This document shows, one piece after another, positions 1 through 11,404 of a stretch of DNA of 64,000 bases. The notes beneath the pieces were generated by a model. The model was not told the DNA's origin. It did not search any database and saw only the letters and a list, made by a program, of their open reading frames with translations. Each line of letters starts with the position of its first letter. The stretch's first letter is position 1. This DNA is from Escherichia coli (GTDB lineage: Bacteria; Pseudomonadota; Gammaproteobacteria; Enterobacterales; Enterobacteriaceae): the NCBI RefSeq assembly GCF_050920415.1, contig NZ_CP169309.1; one strand, written 5' to 3'. The translations under genes and the position numbers were made by a program.

Positions 1-1
1 C

Positions 2-820
2 CGTCTGAATATTTCGCAACCACCGCTAAGTCAGCAGATTCAGGCGCTGGAGCAACAAATTGGTGCCCGACTGCTGGCAAGGACCAATCGCAGTGTATTG
101 CTGACGGAAGCAGGAAAACAGTTTCTTGCAGATAGTCGGCAAATCCTGTCTATGGTGGATGACGCTGCCGCTCGCGCTGAAAGGCTGCATCAGGGCGAAG
201 CGGGGGAGTTGCGCATTGGTTTTACTTCGTCCGCTCCTTTTATTCGGGCGGTGTCCGATACGTTATCGCTGTTTCGTCGTGATTATCCCGATGTCCATTT
301 ACAAACCCGCGAAATGAACACTCGCGAGCAAATCGCTCCGCTCATTGAAGGAACGCTGGATATGGGATTGCTGCGTAACACAGCGTTACCGGAGACGCTT
401 GAACACGCAGTCATCGTCCATGAACCGCTTATGGCGATGATCCCGCACGATCATCCCCTGGCAAATAACCCGAGTGTAACGCTGGCTGAACTGGCGAAAG
501 AACCCTTTGTCTTTTTTGATCCGCACGTAGGGACAGGGCTGTATGACGATATTCTCGGGCTGATGAGACGTTACAATTTGACGCCCGTCATCACTCAGGA
601 GGTGGGTGAGGCAATGACCATCATCGGTCTGGTTTCCGCTGGTCTGGGTGTTTCAATTTTGCCTGCGTCATTTAAACGTGTTCAGCTCAACGAAATGCGC
701 TGGGTGCCGATTGCTGAAGAGGATGCGGTTTCTGAAATGTGGTTGGTCTGGCCGAAACACCATGAACAAAGTCCGGCTGCGCGTAACTTTCGTATTCATC
801 TGCTGAATGCTCTCAGGTGA
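2..820 (+). CDS. ynfL: LysR-family transcriptional regulator, 5'-partial (start lies upstream of window)
   Basis: ORF 98..820 continues in frame to the window edge; upstream in-frame translation gives a LysR HTH (LSQQIQALEQQIGARLLARTNRSVLLTEAG); synteny with mlc. Confidence 0.8.
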   Translation, partial: RLNISQPPLSQQIQALEQQIGARLLARTNRSVLLTEAGKQFLADSRQILSMVDDAAARAERLHQGEAGELRIGFTSSAPFIRAVSDTLSLFRRDYPDVHLQTREMNTREQIAPLIEGTLDMGLLRNTALPETLEHAVIVHEPLMAMIPHDHPLANNPSVTLAELAKEPFVFFDPHVGTGLYDDILGLMRRYNLTPVITQEVGEAMTIIGLVSAGLGVSILPASFKRVQLNEMRWVPIAEEDAVSEMWLVWPKHHEQSPAARNFRIHLLNALR

Positions 821-954
821 GGGAAATTTCAGCGAAAAAGCCCGAAAAATGTGCTGTTAATCACATGCCTAAGTAAAAATTTGACGACACGTATTGAAGT
901 GCTTCACCATAGCCTACAGATTATTTCGGAGCGCGAAAATATAGGGAGTATGCG

Positions 955-2175
955 GTGGTTGCTGAAAACCAGCCTGGGCACATTGATCAAATAAAGCAGA
1001 CCAACGCGGGCGCGGTTTATCGCCTGATTGATCAGCTTGGTCCAGTCTCGCGTATCGATCTTTCCCGTCTGGCGCAACTGGCTCCTGCCAGTATCACCAA
1101 AATTGTCCGTGAGATGCTCGAAGCACACCTGGTGCAAGAGCTGGAAATCAAAGAAGCGGGGAACCGTGGCCGTCCGGCGGTGGGGCTGGTGGTTGAAACT
1201 GAAGCCTGGCACTATCTTTCTCTGCGCATTAGTCGCGGGGAGATTTTCCTTGCTTTGCGCGATCTGAGCAGCAAACTAGTGGTGGAGGAGTCGCAGGAAC
1301 TGGCGTTAAAAGATGACTCGCCATTGTTGGATCGTATCATTTCCCATATCGATCAGTTTTTTATCCGCCATCAGAAAAAACTTGAGCGTCTGACTTCTAT
1401 TGCCATTACCTTGCCGGGAATTATTGATACGGAAAATGGTATTGTACATCGCATGCCGTTCTACGAGGATGTAAAAGAGATGCCGCTCGGCGAGGCGCTG
1501 GAGCAGCATACCGGCGTACCGGTTTATATTCAGCATGATATCAGCGCATGGACGATGGCTGAGGCTTTGTTTGGTGCCTCACGCGGGGCGCGCGATGTGA
1601 TTCAGGTGGTTATCGATCACAACGTGGGGGCGGGCGTCATTACCGATGGTCATCTGCTACACGCAGGCAGCAGTAGCCTCGTGGAAATAGGTCACACGCA
1701 GGTCGACCCGTATGGGAAACGCTGTTATTGCGGGAATCACGGCTGCCTCGAAACCATCGCCAGTGTGGACAGTATTCTTGAGCTGGCACAGCTGCGTCTC
1801 AATCAATCCATGAGCTCGATGTTACATGGACAGCCGTTAACCGTTGACTCATTGTGTCAGGCGGCATTGCGCGGCGATCTGCTGGCAAAAGACATCATTA
1901 CCGGGGTGGGCGCGCATGTCGGGCGCATTCTTGCCATCATGGTGAATTTATTTAACCCACAAAAAATACTGATTGGCTCACCGTTAAGTAAAGCGGCAGA
2001 TATCCTCTTCCCGGTCATCTCGGACAGCATCCGTCAGCAGGCCCTTCCTGCGTATAGTCAGCACATTAGCGTTGAGAGTACTCAGTTTTCTAACCAGGGT
2101 ACTATGGCAGGGGCTGCGCTGGTAAAAGACGCGATGTATAACGGTTCTTTGTTGATTCGTCTGTTGCAGGGTTAA
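955..2175 (+). CDS. mlc: Mlc (DgsA) ROK-family global repressor of PTS genes
   Basis: 406-aa ORF with GTG start; N-terminal HTH and ROK sugar-kinase-like fold with Cys-rich zinc motif (CYCGNHGC); recognised as E. coli Mlc. Confidence 0.95.
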   Translation: MVAENQPGHIDQIKQTNAGAVYRLIDQLGPVSRIDLSRLAQLAPASITKIVREMLEAHLVQELEIKEAGNRGRPAVGLVVETEAWHYLSLRISRGEIFLALRDLSSKLVVEESQELALKDDSPLLDRIISHIDQFFIRHQKKLERLTSIAITLPGIIDTENGIVHRMPFYEDVKEMPLGEALEQHTGVPVYIQHDISAWTMAEALFGASRGARDVIQVVIDHNVGAGVITDGHLLHAGSSSLVEIGHTQVDPYGKRCYCGNHGCLETIASVDSILELAQLRLNQSMSSMLHGQPLTVDSLCQAALRGDLLAKDIITGVGAHVGRILAIMVNLFNPQKILIGSPLSKAADILFPVISDSIRQQALPAYSQHISVESTQFSNQGTMAGAALVKDAMYNGSLLIRLLQG

Positions 2176-2299
2176 CATTTTTTAACTGTTCTACCAAAAT
2201 TTGCGCTATCTCAATTTGGGCCAGGAAAGCATAACTTAGACTTTCAAGGTTAATTATTTTCCTGGTTTATATTTGTGAAGCATAACGGTGGAGTTAGTG

Positions 2300-2995
2300 A
2301 TGCTGAAGCGTTTCTTTATTACCGGTACAGACACTTCTGTAGGGAAAACGGTGGTTTCCCGCGCATTGCTACAAGCGTTAGCCTCCCAGGGAAAAACGGT
2401 TGCGGGATATAAACCCGTAGCGAAGGGGAGCAAAGAGACACCCGAAGGGCTGCGTAATAAAGATGCCCTGGTGTTGCAGAGTGTTTCAACCATCGAACTG
2501 CCTTATGAAGCAGTTAATCCTATCGCGTTAAGCGAAGAAGAAAGTAGCGTGGCGCACAGTTGCCCAATCAATTACACCCTCATTTCAAACGGCCTGGCAA
2601 ACCTGACCGATAAAGTCGATCATGTCGTGGTAGAAGGGACTGGCGGCTGGCGCAGTCTGATGAATGATTTACGTCCGCTCTCTGAATGGGTGGTGCAGGA
2701 ACAACTGCCGGTGTTGATGGTTGTCGGTATTCAGGAAGGTTGCATTAACCATGCACTGCTGACAGCTCAGGCGATTGCCAACGACGGGCTGCCGCTCATT
2801 GGCTGGGTGGCTAACCGAATCAACCCAGGACTGGCGCATTATGCGGAAATCATTGATGTGCTGGGTAAAAAACTTCCAGCACCGCTCATTGGTGAACTGC
2901 CTTATTTACCGCGCGCCGAACAGCGTGAACTGGGGCAATACATCCGCTTAGCTATGCTGCGCAGTGTGCTGGCGGTAGATAGAGTCACGGTGTAA
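2300..2995 (+). CDS. ynfK: dethiobiotin synthetase paralog (BioD-like)
   Basis: 231 aa from ATG at residue 5 of ORF 2288..2995; P-loop GTDTSVGKT; GGAG 7 nt upstream. Confidence 0.9.
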   Translation: MLKRFFITGTDTSVGKTVVSRALLQALASQGKTVAGYKPVAKGSKETPEGLRNKDALVLQSVSTIELPYEAVNPIALSEEESSVAHSCPINYTLISNGLANLTDKVDHVVVEGTGGWRSLMNDLRPLSEWVVQEQLPVLMVVGIQEGCINHALLTAQAIANDGLPLIGWVANRINPGLAHYAEIIDVLGKKLPAPLIGELPYLPRAEQRELGQYIRLAMLRSVLAVDRVTV

Positions 2996-4204
2996 CGTCC
3001 GCGAAATTACCGACGCAATTACGCAGGCAATCAATAAACCGGGGAGTAGCTGATACTCGCCGGTCATTTCACATATCATCAACGTCGACATAATCGGCGC
3101 GTGCGTGGTTGCCGCCAACAGTGTCGCCATCCCGGTTAATCCGAGTAAGAGTGTAATTTCTTCGCCGTCAGGAAACCATAACCCCAGGCTACGTCCATAC
3201 AACATGCCAATGGCAAGACCGATAAAGAGTGTCGGTGTAAACACACCACCAGGCGCGCCGGAACCGCTACTTGCCAGAACGGCAAACAGTTTGCAAAGGA
3301 AGATCCCGCCAATGATCATAAACAGTGGCGGGGCGGTTAAAAAGGATTGTACGGTGCTATAGCCGTTGCCCCACACGGCGGGGGTGAACAGGGAAAGCAG
3401 ACCCACGATCAACCCGCCGAGTGCCAGTTGCCAGGGGGGCGCAAGTTTGAGAATAACAAATCCTCGATGACTGGCGTTCATTAACGTTAACAACACTGGT
3501 CCGCATAGACCTGCCAGCACACCTGTACTGATAATCAGCGCATAGTCACGAGCCTGAACCGTCACTGAGAGTTGTACGCTGTAGAGTAACGCGTCGCTAT
3601 GATTAATCAGATTGCTAACCAGCAACGCCACGACGGCGGAAATAATCACCGGGCCGAGAGAGGCCAACATCATAGTGCCAAACAGCACTTCGGCTATAAA
3701 TAAACTGTCAGCAAGCGGGGCGCGGTAAGCCGCAGCCATTCCCGCCGCAGCTCCACAGGCAATCCATAATTTCCACTCCTGGCGTGGCGTAAAACGCTGA
3801 GCAAAACAGGAGGCGGCAAGGGCAGCTAAAAGAATCATCGCACCTTCGCGACCAATTGCGCTGCCGCTAGTTACTACCAGCAGAGAGGCAAGCGATTTAA
3901 CCAGGCTTGCTGCGTAATCGAATTTACCATCGGTTTGCAACGCTTCCATGTAATCGGTCGGCGCATGAGGGCGTTGCTGGGTAAATTTCTGCCAGCCCAT
4001 CAACAACAAACCCGCCGCCAGTCCGCCGAGCGCCGGAGTTAGCAGCCGTCGCCACGGAGAAAGATTCGTCGCTGCATTGACCAGACTGCCGGAGTCATTA
4101 TTGAGGAACAGCCATTCCAGTAGCAGCATCGCGTGACGAAACGCGGCAACGGCAAAGGCCGCAAGAATACCGACTATTGTTGCGATAAGCAGACGGCGAA
4201 ACAT
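2948..4204 (-). CDS. clcB: ClC-family voltage-gated chloride channel
   Basis: 418 aa from Met21 of ORF 2948..4264; multi-TM protein with ClC selectivity motifs (GSGIP-like, GREG); 3' end overlaps ynfK convergently. Confidence 0.9.
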   Translation of the reverse strand: MFRRLLIATIVGILAAFAVAAFRHAMLLLEWLFLNNDSGSLVNAATNLSPWRRLLTPALGGLAAGLLLMGWQKFTQQRPHAPTDYMEALQTDGKFDYAASLVKSLASLLVVTSGSAIGREGAMILLAALAASCFAQRFTPRQEWKLWIACGAAAGMAAAYRAPLADSLFIAEVLFGTMMLASLGPVIISAVVALLVSNLINHSDALLYSVQLSVTVQARDYALIISTGVLAGLCGPVLLTLMNASHRGFVILKLAPPWQLALGGLIVGLLSLFTPAVWGNGYSTVQSFLTAPPLFMIIGGIFLCKLFAVLASSGSGAPGGVFTPTLFIGLAIGMLYGRSLGLWFPDGEEITLLLGLTGMATLLAATTHAPIMSTLMICEMTGEYQLLPGLLIACVIASVISRTLHRDSIYRQHTAQHS

Positions 4205-4397
4205 AGTACGCAGATCCGGATAGCTGTGTAGATGGTGCATGAGCAGAAATGGACAATGAAACACGAGCGACTATTTTGCGGCAAAACAGGTTATCGGCAA
4301 AAGCAGTGCGTGCTTAAAGCGATAAAATACGTGACGTTGTAACGTATTATTGCCGAATGACGCGTGATTGTCGCCATTCGGCAATATTGCGGCAACT

Positions 4398-5012
4398 TTA
4401 TCGAAACAGTGGTTTAACCGCGACAGGAATCAACAGTTGTGATTGCCATTGCGCCAGCGTTAAGCGAGCCAGTTCACCCAGCGCACGGTAGAAAGGGTGT
4501 TCTGCTTTTTCGATAAAAACGTCGAGAAAACGTGTTGACCACGGAAAAAGATGCCATGCCAGCAATTCTTCACATTCTGTTTGGCGACCATTCTCCGCCA
4601 ACCACGCAGCCATCAACAGCAGTGAACCAAAATGATCTTCCGGTTCGTTTTGCTTCATTTCGAACTGAATGCCTTTCTCGCGCATCCATTGACGAAGTGC
4701 CAATGTTGAATCGCCAAACAGCACAGATTCGCGATCCAGCCAGACCGACCCCCACGGCGGAGACGGCAGTGCCCACGGGCCGACAAACAAACGCTGCCAG
4801 GCCTGGGCGCGAGTCTCTTCACTCTGTGCCTGAAAAGCCGTCACCAGCGGCGCTAATGACGCTTCTGGTAGAGGCCACTGAGTTTCCCAGCCGTCACTGG
4901 TGAGTACCGCAACCAGAGGTGCGGCTTCCGCACTCTCTGGAGCGTAATAAAACAGCGCGCCCAACACGCGCGCCGCGACAGAAAAATTATCTTGCTGTGA
5001 AAAATGGGTCAT
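4398..5012 (-). CDS. dmsD: Tat proofreading chaperone DmsD
   Basis: 204 aa from Met4 of ORF 4398..5021; recognised DmsD/TorD-family sequence; sits downstream of ynfEFGH. Confidence 0.9.
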   Translation of the reverse strand: MTHFSQQDNFSVAARVLGALFYYAPESAEAAPLVAVLTSDGWETQWPLPEASLAPLVTAFQAQSEETRAQAWQRLFVGPWALPSPPWGSVWLDRESVLFGDSTLALRQWMREKGIQFEMKQNEPEDHFGSLLLMAAWLAENGRQTECEELLAWHLFPWSTRFLDVFIEKAEHPFYRALGELARLTLAQWQSQLLIPVAVKPLFR

Positions 5013-5054
5013 TCCTAACATCCTGAAATGTGCGGGTTGCCCCGCACCAATTTG

Positions 5055-5909
5055 TTAACCTGCAATAGCCATTCCTACTGTCATGTGCAGGCCATAAAAG
5101 AGCACACGCCCGATCATCTCACCGCCAAGTATGAGGATTAGCCCCAGAATAAGTCCGGCAACGTGAGGTTCGCGGCGACGAATGAGCGGGCAAAGCCAGC
5201 ATCCAAGACCTGCGCATAACAATACCACACGCCAGACCTGTAAGGAGGCGTAATCTGGTACCAGTGCGCTGGCTTGTTGCACGGATGAGTGAATAGACGC
5301 CAGAGACAAACCTTGCAGCACAATCACCCCGGCACAAGCGATCAGCGCCAGAACGCTAATGATGGCAAATGGTGTGGTATTAAATGTAACGCGAGCTGCC
5401 CGCAGAATTGCGGCAGCAAGTATTGGACCGCTCAACAATACCGTCAGGAAGAAAGCTAGCGTAGTGTAACCGTTATGCCAGGTTGGCACGGTGTCGATTT
5501 GATACACGCAGGTCATCATCCAGACGAAAATGACGCCGAGCGCCATGCTGACAAGTAACCAGAGTTTCCCCAACGCTTGCGGCATTTTACCGATGACCGC
5601 CACCAGCCACCATAGTCCGCCAACGGCAAAAAATATGGAACCGGCAGCAATCTCGTTACTCAGACCAGAAGCTCCGATTCGATTCAGCGAGTTAAACGCT
5701 CGCAGTGGCGATCCCAGGTGCATGACAGAGGCAATAAACCCGATGCCCATCAACAGCCAGAGGAAAAACATGCCACGGACAATACGCTGACGGTCTGCGT
5801 CATTTTTGGCGGCGAACCAGCCAATTCCGCTAACAATCAGCGCGCCTACTACGCATTGACCCAATACGGTAAAGATAACCAGTGGCCATTCATGCCATCC
5901 ATTTCCCAT
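5055..5909 (-). CDS. ynfH: DMSO-reductase-type membrane anchor subunit (DmsC paralog)
   Basis: 284 aa starting at internal MGNGWHEWPL of ORF 5055..6524; hydrophobic multi-TM protein. Confidence 0.85.
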   Translation of the reverse strand: MGNGWHEWPLVIFTVLGQCVVGALIVSGIGWFAAKNDADRQRIVRGMFFLWLLMGIGFIASVMHLGSPLRAFNSLNRIGASGLSNEIAAGSIFFAVGGLWWLVAVIGKMPQALGKLWLLVSMALGVIFVWMMTCVYQIDTVPTWHNGYTTLAFFLTVLLSGPILAAAILRAARVTFNTTPFAIISVLALIACAGVIVLQGLSLASIHSSVQQASALVPDYASLQVWRVVLLCAGLGCWLCPLIRRREPHVAGLILGLILILGGEMIGRVLFYGLHMTVGMAIAG

Positions 5910-5910
5910 T

Positions 5911-6524
5911 TTACACTTCCTCCGGATTAGCCAGATAACCAGTGGTATCGCCGGTCGGCTGTTGGCGTTAGGTTTGATAACGATATTGGGTTTTGTGAAA
6001 TGCGCGCGCGGCAGTGGCGCGACGGCAGCCAGAGTGCCGTGCTTCTGGCGCAGCTCTTCAATTGGACCGAACTCAAGTGCACGCAGCGGGCAGGATTCGA
6101 CGCATATGGGTTGTTTCCCCTCGGCGACGCGCGAATAACAACCATCGCACTTCGTCATGTGCCCTTTTTCAGCATTGTACTGTGGTGCGCCGTACGGACA
6201 AGCCATGTGGCAGTAGCGGCAGCCGATACAAACATCTTCATCAACCACCACAAAGCCATCTTCACGCTTATGCATTGCGCCGCTGGGGCAGACTTTTGTA
6301 CATGCGGGGTCATCGCAATGGTTACAGGAGATGGAGAGATAATAAGCGAACACGTTCTGGTGCCAGACGCCATTATCTTCCTGCCAGTCGCCGCCAGCGT
6401 ATTCATAAATACGGCGGAAACTGACTTCCGGGCCAAGATCTTTAAAATCTTTGCACGCCAGTTCGCAGGTTTTACAGCCTGTACAGCGGCTGGAATCGAT
6501 AAAAAATCCATATTGTGTGGTCAT
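5911..6524 (-). CDS. ynfG: 4Fe-4S ferredoxin subunit (DmsB paralog) with apparent C-terminal frameshift that fuses the reading frame to ynfH
   Basis: Four CxxCxxCxxxCP clusters; ORF track reads through into ynfH (489-aa fusion ORF); the alternative frame from about 5950 encodes the expected tail ...DTTGYLANPEEV and stops at a TAA overlapping the ynfH ATG. Confidence 0.7.
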
Positions 6525-6534
6525 GGGCTACTCC

Positions 6535-8961
6535 TTAAACCTTTTCGATCTGGACGAGATTGCTGTGCGACGGGTTTCCCTTTGCCAGCGGTGAAGGGCG
6601 GTGAGAGGTCAGAATATTGATACTGCCGCCGTGATCGACCCGGTCACCAAACATATCCGCTTTAAGCCACGCACCTTGCCCGATGGCGGTAACGCCAGGC
6701 AGAATACGCGGAGTCACTTTTGCGGCAATCAGCATTTCTCCATTATTGTTAAATACCCGCACGGTATCGCCATGACGGATACCGCGTGCCTGAGCATCAA
6801 TGGGGTTGATCCACACCTCTTGTGGGCAGGCCTGCTGTAACACATCAATATTGCCGTAGCTGGAGTGGGTACGCGCTTTGTAGTGGAAGCCCGTTAACTG
6901 CAGTGGATAGGTTTTCCGCAGGGGATCGTCCCAGCCATCAAAACCTGGGGTATACGCAGGAAGGGGATGAATAATTTCATCTTTTTTCAATTCCCAGGTA
7001 TCTGCAATCTTCGCCAGTCGTTCAGAATAAATTTCGATTTTCCCCGAAGGTGTTTTCAATGGGTTTGCCTGTGGATCTTCACGGAATGCGCGGAAAGCGA
7101 CGTAATGTTCTTCCGGGCATTTTTTCTTAAAGATCCCGGTCGTTTTCATCTCCTCGTAGTCCGGCATCTCAGGGTTACGTTCCTTCGTTTTCGCATGGAG
7201 ATATTTGATCCATTCATGCTGACTGCGACCTTCAGTAAAGGTTTGATAAACGTCTGGTCCTAAGCGTTTCGCGACTTCACTCAGCATCCAGTAGATGGGT
7301 TTGCGTTCAAATTTTGCTGAGGTTGCGGGTTGGGCGAGGATCACATAGCCCATATTCCCTGCAGATTCATGAGAGATAAGGTCTTCTTGCTCTGTTGGCA
7401 TCAGGTCGGGCAACAGGATATCGCAATACTTAGCCGAGGCCGTCATGAAGTGGTCAATGCCAACAATCATCTCGCACTTGCTGTCATCCTGAAGCACCTC
7501 ATGGGTGTGATTGATGTCGCCATGTTGATTGATCAATGTGTTACTGGCGTAGCACCATAAAAACTTGATGGGGACATCCAGTTTTTCTTTTCCACGAATA
7601 CCATCACGGGTCGCGGTCATTTCCGTACCGTGGTCGATGGCATCTGTCCATGTAAAGACGGAAATCTGCGTTTTAACAGGATTATCAAGCATCGGGAACC
7701 ATTCGACCCCCAGATCCCAGCTACCTTCGCGTACACCTGAGTTGCCGCCGTTTATGCCGACGTTACCGGTGAGAACGGAAAGCATGGCAATAGCGCGGGA
7801 CGTTTGCTCGCCGTTGGAGTGTCGTTGTGGCCCCCAACCCTGACAAATATAAGCAGGTTTTGCTGAACCGATCTCTCGTGCCAACTGGATAATTTTTTCT
7901 GCCGGGATGCTGGTGATTTTTGCTGCCCATTCCGGCGTTTTAGCTATGCCGTCAGGCCCTTCGCCCAGAATATAGGCTTTATAATGCGCGTTACGTGGTG
8001 CGTTGGCGGGCAGCGTTTTTTCATCGTAACCAACACAATATTTGTCGAGAAATGGCTGATCGACCATGTTTTCCGTAATCAGTACCCAGGCAATCGCACA
8101 GGCCAGTGCGCCATCGGTGCCAGGGCGAATGGGCAGCCATTCATCTTCACGCCCGGCAGCTGTGTCGTTATAACGTGGATCAATGACGATCATGCGTGCG
8201 TTTGAACGTTCGCGGGCTTGCTCGACGTAGTAAGTGACACCACCGCCGCTCATCCGGGTTTCTGCCGGGTTATTTCCGAACATAACGACCAGCTTCGTAT
8301 TGGCGATATCATCCGGGCTGTTGCCATCATTGGCACCGAACATATAACTCATTGCGGCACTGATCTGTGCGGTACTGTAGCTGCCATAGCGACTGAGAAA
8401 ACCACCACAAGAGTTCATCAGACGGTACGGGACGTTTGAGTTGGTGATGTTTCCGCCATCTACGCCTGTTCCATAGAGAACATGTACAGCCTCATTGCCG
8501 TAATCTTTTAGGATCCGCCGAAGATTATCACTGATGGTCTCCAGGGCTTCGTCCCAACTTATCCGTTCAAATTTACCTTCACCGCGCTTGCCGACGCGCT
8601 TCATGGGATATTTCAACCTATCAGGATGATTCATCCGTCGGCGGATAGAGCGCCCGCGTAAACAGGCGCGAACCTGATGATTACCGTAGACGTCGTCACC
8701 TGTCGTATCAGACTCCACCCAGTACACAGTGTCATCTTTCACATGCAAACGTAACAGACAGCGGCTCCCGCAGTTAACGGTGCAGGAACTCCAGACCGCT
8801 TTCTCTTCTACCGGAGCCTCTGCCGCTCGGACCATTTGGGAAAATGGCAGAGTGAAAGCACTGCTTGCCAGCGCGAGACTGCCAAGTGCGGAGGTTTTCA
8901 TCAGACTTCTACGGCTGATTTCAGCCTTCATGAGCGCCTCTGTGGTATGGATTTTCATCAT
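6535..8961 (-). CDS. ynfF: Tat-exported molybdopterin oxidoreductase catalytic subunit (DmsA paralog)
   Basis: 808-aa ORF; twin-arginine signal (SRRSLMKTSALGSLALA); N-terminal Cys cluster; Mo-bisPGD domain. Confidence 0.95.
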   Translation of the reverse strand: MMKIHTTEALMKAEISRRSLMKTSALGSLALASSAFTLPFSQMVRAAEAPVEEKAVWSSCTVNCGSRCLLRLHVKDDTVYWVESDTTGDDVYGNHQVRACLRGRSIRRRMNHPDRLKYPMKRVGKRGEGKFERISWDEALETISDNLRRILKDYGNEAVHVLYGTGVDGGNITNSNVPYRLMNSCGGFLSRYGSYSTAQISAAMSYMFGANDGNSPDDIANTKLVVMFGNNPAETRMSGGGVTYYVEQARERSNARMIVIDPRYNDTAAGREDEWLPIRPGTDGALACAIAWVLITENMVDQPFLDKYCVGYDEKTLPANAPRNAHYKAYILGEGPDGIAKTPEWAAKITSIPAEKIIQLAREIGSAKPAYICQGWGPQRHSNGEQTSRAIAMLSVLTGNVGINGGNSGVREGSWDLGVEWFPMLDNPVKTQISVFTWTDAIDHGTEMTATRDGIRGKEKLDVPIKFLWCYASNTLINQHGDINHTHEVLQDDSKCEMIVGIDHFMTASAKYCDILLPDLMPTEQEDLISHESAGNMGYVILAQPATSAKFERKPIYWMLSEVAKRLGPDVYQTFTEGRSQHEWIKYLHAKTKERNPEMPDYEEMKTTGIFKKKCPEEHYVAFRAFREDPQANPLKTPSGKIEIYSERLAKIADTWELKKDEIIHPLPAYTPGFDGWDDPLRKTYPLQLTGFHYKARTHSSYGNIDVLQQACPQEVWINPIDAQARGIRHGDTVRVFNNNGEMLIAAKVTPRILPGVTAIGQGAWLKADMFGDRVDHGGSINILTSHRPSPLAKGNPSHSNLVQIEKV

Positions 8962-9018
8962 TACTCACTTATTGCTTTTCAAACAAAATGTCATGCCAGA
9001 ATTTATGGTTGTAGTGGG

Positions 9019-11206
9019 TTATATTTTTTCGATCTCGACCAGATTAGTGTGCTGCGGGTTTCCCTTCGCCAGTGGTGAAGGGCGCAGAGTGGTTAGCGTA
9101 TTCACACAGCCGCCGTGGTCGATTTTATCGCCAGACATATTGGCCTCGTGCCAGGCTCCCTGGCCCATAGCGCTAACTCCAGGGAGAATGCGTGGTGTCA
9201 CTTTGGCTGGTAGCCGAACTTCGCCACGATGGTTAAACACCCGCACCATATCGCCGTTGGCAATCCCACGTTTCTGTGCATCTATAGGGTTGATCCACAC
9301 TTCCTGACGGCAGGCTGCCTTCAGGACATCAATGTTGCCGTAGGTCGAGTGAGTACGAGATTTGTAATGGAAACCAAACAGTTGTAGCGGGAAGGTACTA
9401 CGTTCAGGGGCGTCCCAGCCTTCGAAGGTTGAGGCATAAACCGGCAGTGGGCTTATTACTTCATCTTTTTCGAGTTCCCAGGTACGGGCAATTTCCGCCA
9501 GTTTGCTGGAATAAATTTCGATCTTACCGGAAGGCGTTTTAAGTGGATTTGTCTCGGGGTCGTCACGAAATGCTTTGTAGGCGATAAAATGACCATTAGG
9601 ATCCTTACGCTTATAGATACCCATTTTTTTCAGTTCGTCGTAAGACGGTAATGCCGGATCTTTGGCAAGCATTTTGGCGTACAGATGTTGTAACCATTGT
9701 TCCTGAGTGCGGCCTTCAGTGAATTTTTGATAGACGTCAGGGCCAAGACGTTTCGCGACTTCACTTAGGATCCAGTAAATCGGTTTGCGTTCGAATTTTT
9801 CGCTGGTGACTGGCTGGAGGAAAATGAGATATCCCATGTTACCGGCGTAATCGTTAGGAATAATATCTTCCTGCTCAACGGTCATCAGGTCTGGCAGCAG
9901 AATGTCGGCATATTTTGCCGATGAGGTCATAAAGTTTTCGATGACCACAATCATTTCGCATTTCGATTCGTCCTGCAGAATTTCATGCGTTTTGTTAATG
10001 TCAGAATGCTGATTAACCAGGGTATTTCCCGCGTAGTTCCAGATGAACTTAATGGGCACATCCAGTTTATCTTTGCCGCGGACGCCGTCGCGGATTGCCG
10101 TCATTTGCGGGCCATGATCGATAGCATCCGTCCAGCTGAAGCAGGAGATTGATGTTTTGACCGGATTATCCAGCACCGGCAGGCGTTCTATGGTAATGGT
10201 ATAGGTGGATTCACGCGCGCCACTATTTCCGCCGCTGATGCCGACATTGCCCGTCAGAATAGGCAACATCGCAATAGCGCGTGCGGTCAGCTCACCGTTT
10301 GCCTGGCGTTGCGGTCCCCAACCCTGGCAGATATAAGCGGGTTTTGCTGTGCCGATTTCACGCGCCAGTTTGATGATACGGTCCACCGGGATACCGGTAA
10401 TTTGCGAAGCCCACTGCGGCGTTTTCGCTGTGTTATCATCACCTTCACCAAGAATATAGGCTTTATAGTGGCCATTTTTTGGTGCATCTGCGGGTAAGGT
10501 TTTTTCGTCATAACCGACGCAGTATTTATCGAGAAAAGGTTGATCAACGAGATTTTCGTTAATCAATGCCATCATTACTGCCGTAGGTGTAGGGCATGGC
10601 ACAGGAAATTTGCGCGGTGCTGTAGGAGCCATACTGGTTGAGTGAACCGCCGTAGCAGTTCATCAGGCGTTTGACCGCCGAGGCTGATGGCGAAGAGCGG
10701 GTCATATTGCCGCCAACGATCCCCGAAGAGTACTGAATATATACAGCCTCATTGCCATATTGTTCGACGGTTTTTTTCAGACTACTGGCGATAGTATCCA
10801 GGGCTTCATCCCAGCTAATCCGTTCGAATTTGCCTTCGCCGCGTTTGCCCACGCGTTTCATTGGGTAATTCAAGCGATCGGGATGATTAATACGCCGACG
10901 GATGGACCGACCGCGCAAACAGGCGCGTACTTGATGATTGCCATACTCGTCGCTGCCGGTGTTGTCAGTTTCCACCCAGGTGACTTCATTATCTTTAACA
11001 TGTAGACGAAGTGCACAGCGGCTACCACAGTTGACGGAACAGGCACCCCAGACCACTTTTTCGCTGGCCTGTTGTACCGCTGCCGCTGCACTGCGCAGGG
11101 TGAACGGTAAAGAAAAACCGCCTGCAGCCAGCGCCAGAGAACCTATCGCGGTAGATTTAACGAGTGTTCTGCGGCTGATGCCCACCATTTGTTCATTTTT
11201 GGACAT
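9019..11206 (-). pseudogene. ynfE: DmsA paralog ynfE disrupted by an internal deletion of about 240 bp with frameshift
   Basis: Two ORFs (10559..11206, 215 aa with Tat signal; 9019..10632, 537 aa) in different frames; alignment to adjacent paralog ynfF shows about 80 residues missing between ...YTYGSNDG and LINENLVDQPF; junction near 10560-10570. Confidence 0.8.
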
Positions 11207-11404
11207 AACTCACTCCCTGTTCTTTATCGTTATATAAAAGTTTATATATTGAATATTTAGCGCGCTAACAATAGAGGGAGTCTACCCATTTTGGGTTAAG
11301 AATTATTAATCCATATCAATAGAAGGGTATGAGTAATAAGGCGGGATTATGTTGTATGTTCATATCGCCGGACCTGTTGAATCCGGCGTTTAGTCAATAA
11401 TGTG

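Noticed and set aside
1028-4776. Alternative-frame ORFs inside mlc, ynfK, clcB and dmsD (for example 1028..1267, 3105..3362, 4532..4903)
   Set aside because: Embedded in confidently assigned host genes; no independent support.
6000-6620. 206-aa and 136-aa plus-strand ORFs
   Set aside because: Antisense to the well-supported ynfG Fe-S subunit gene; GC-rich antisense frames commonly give long spurious ORFs.
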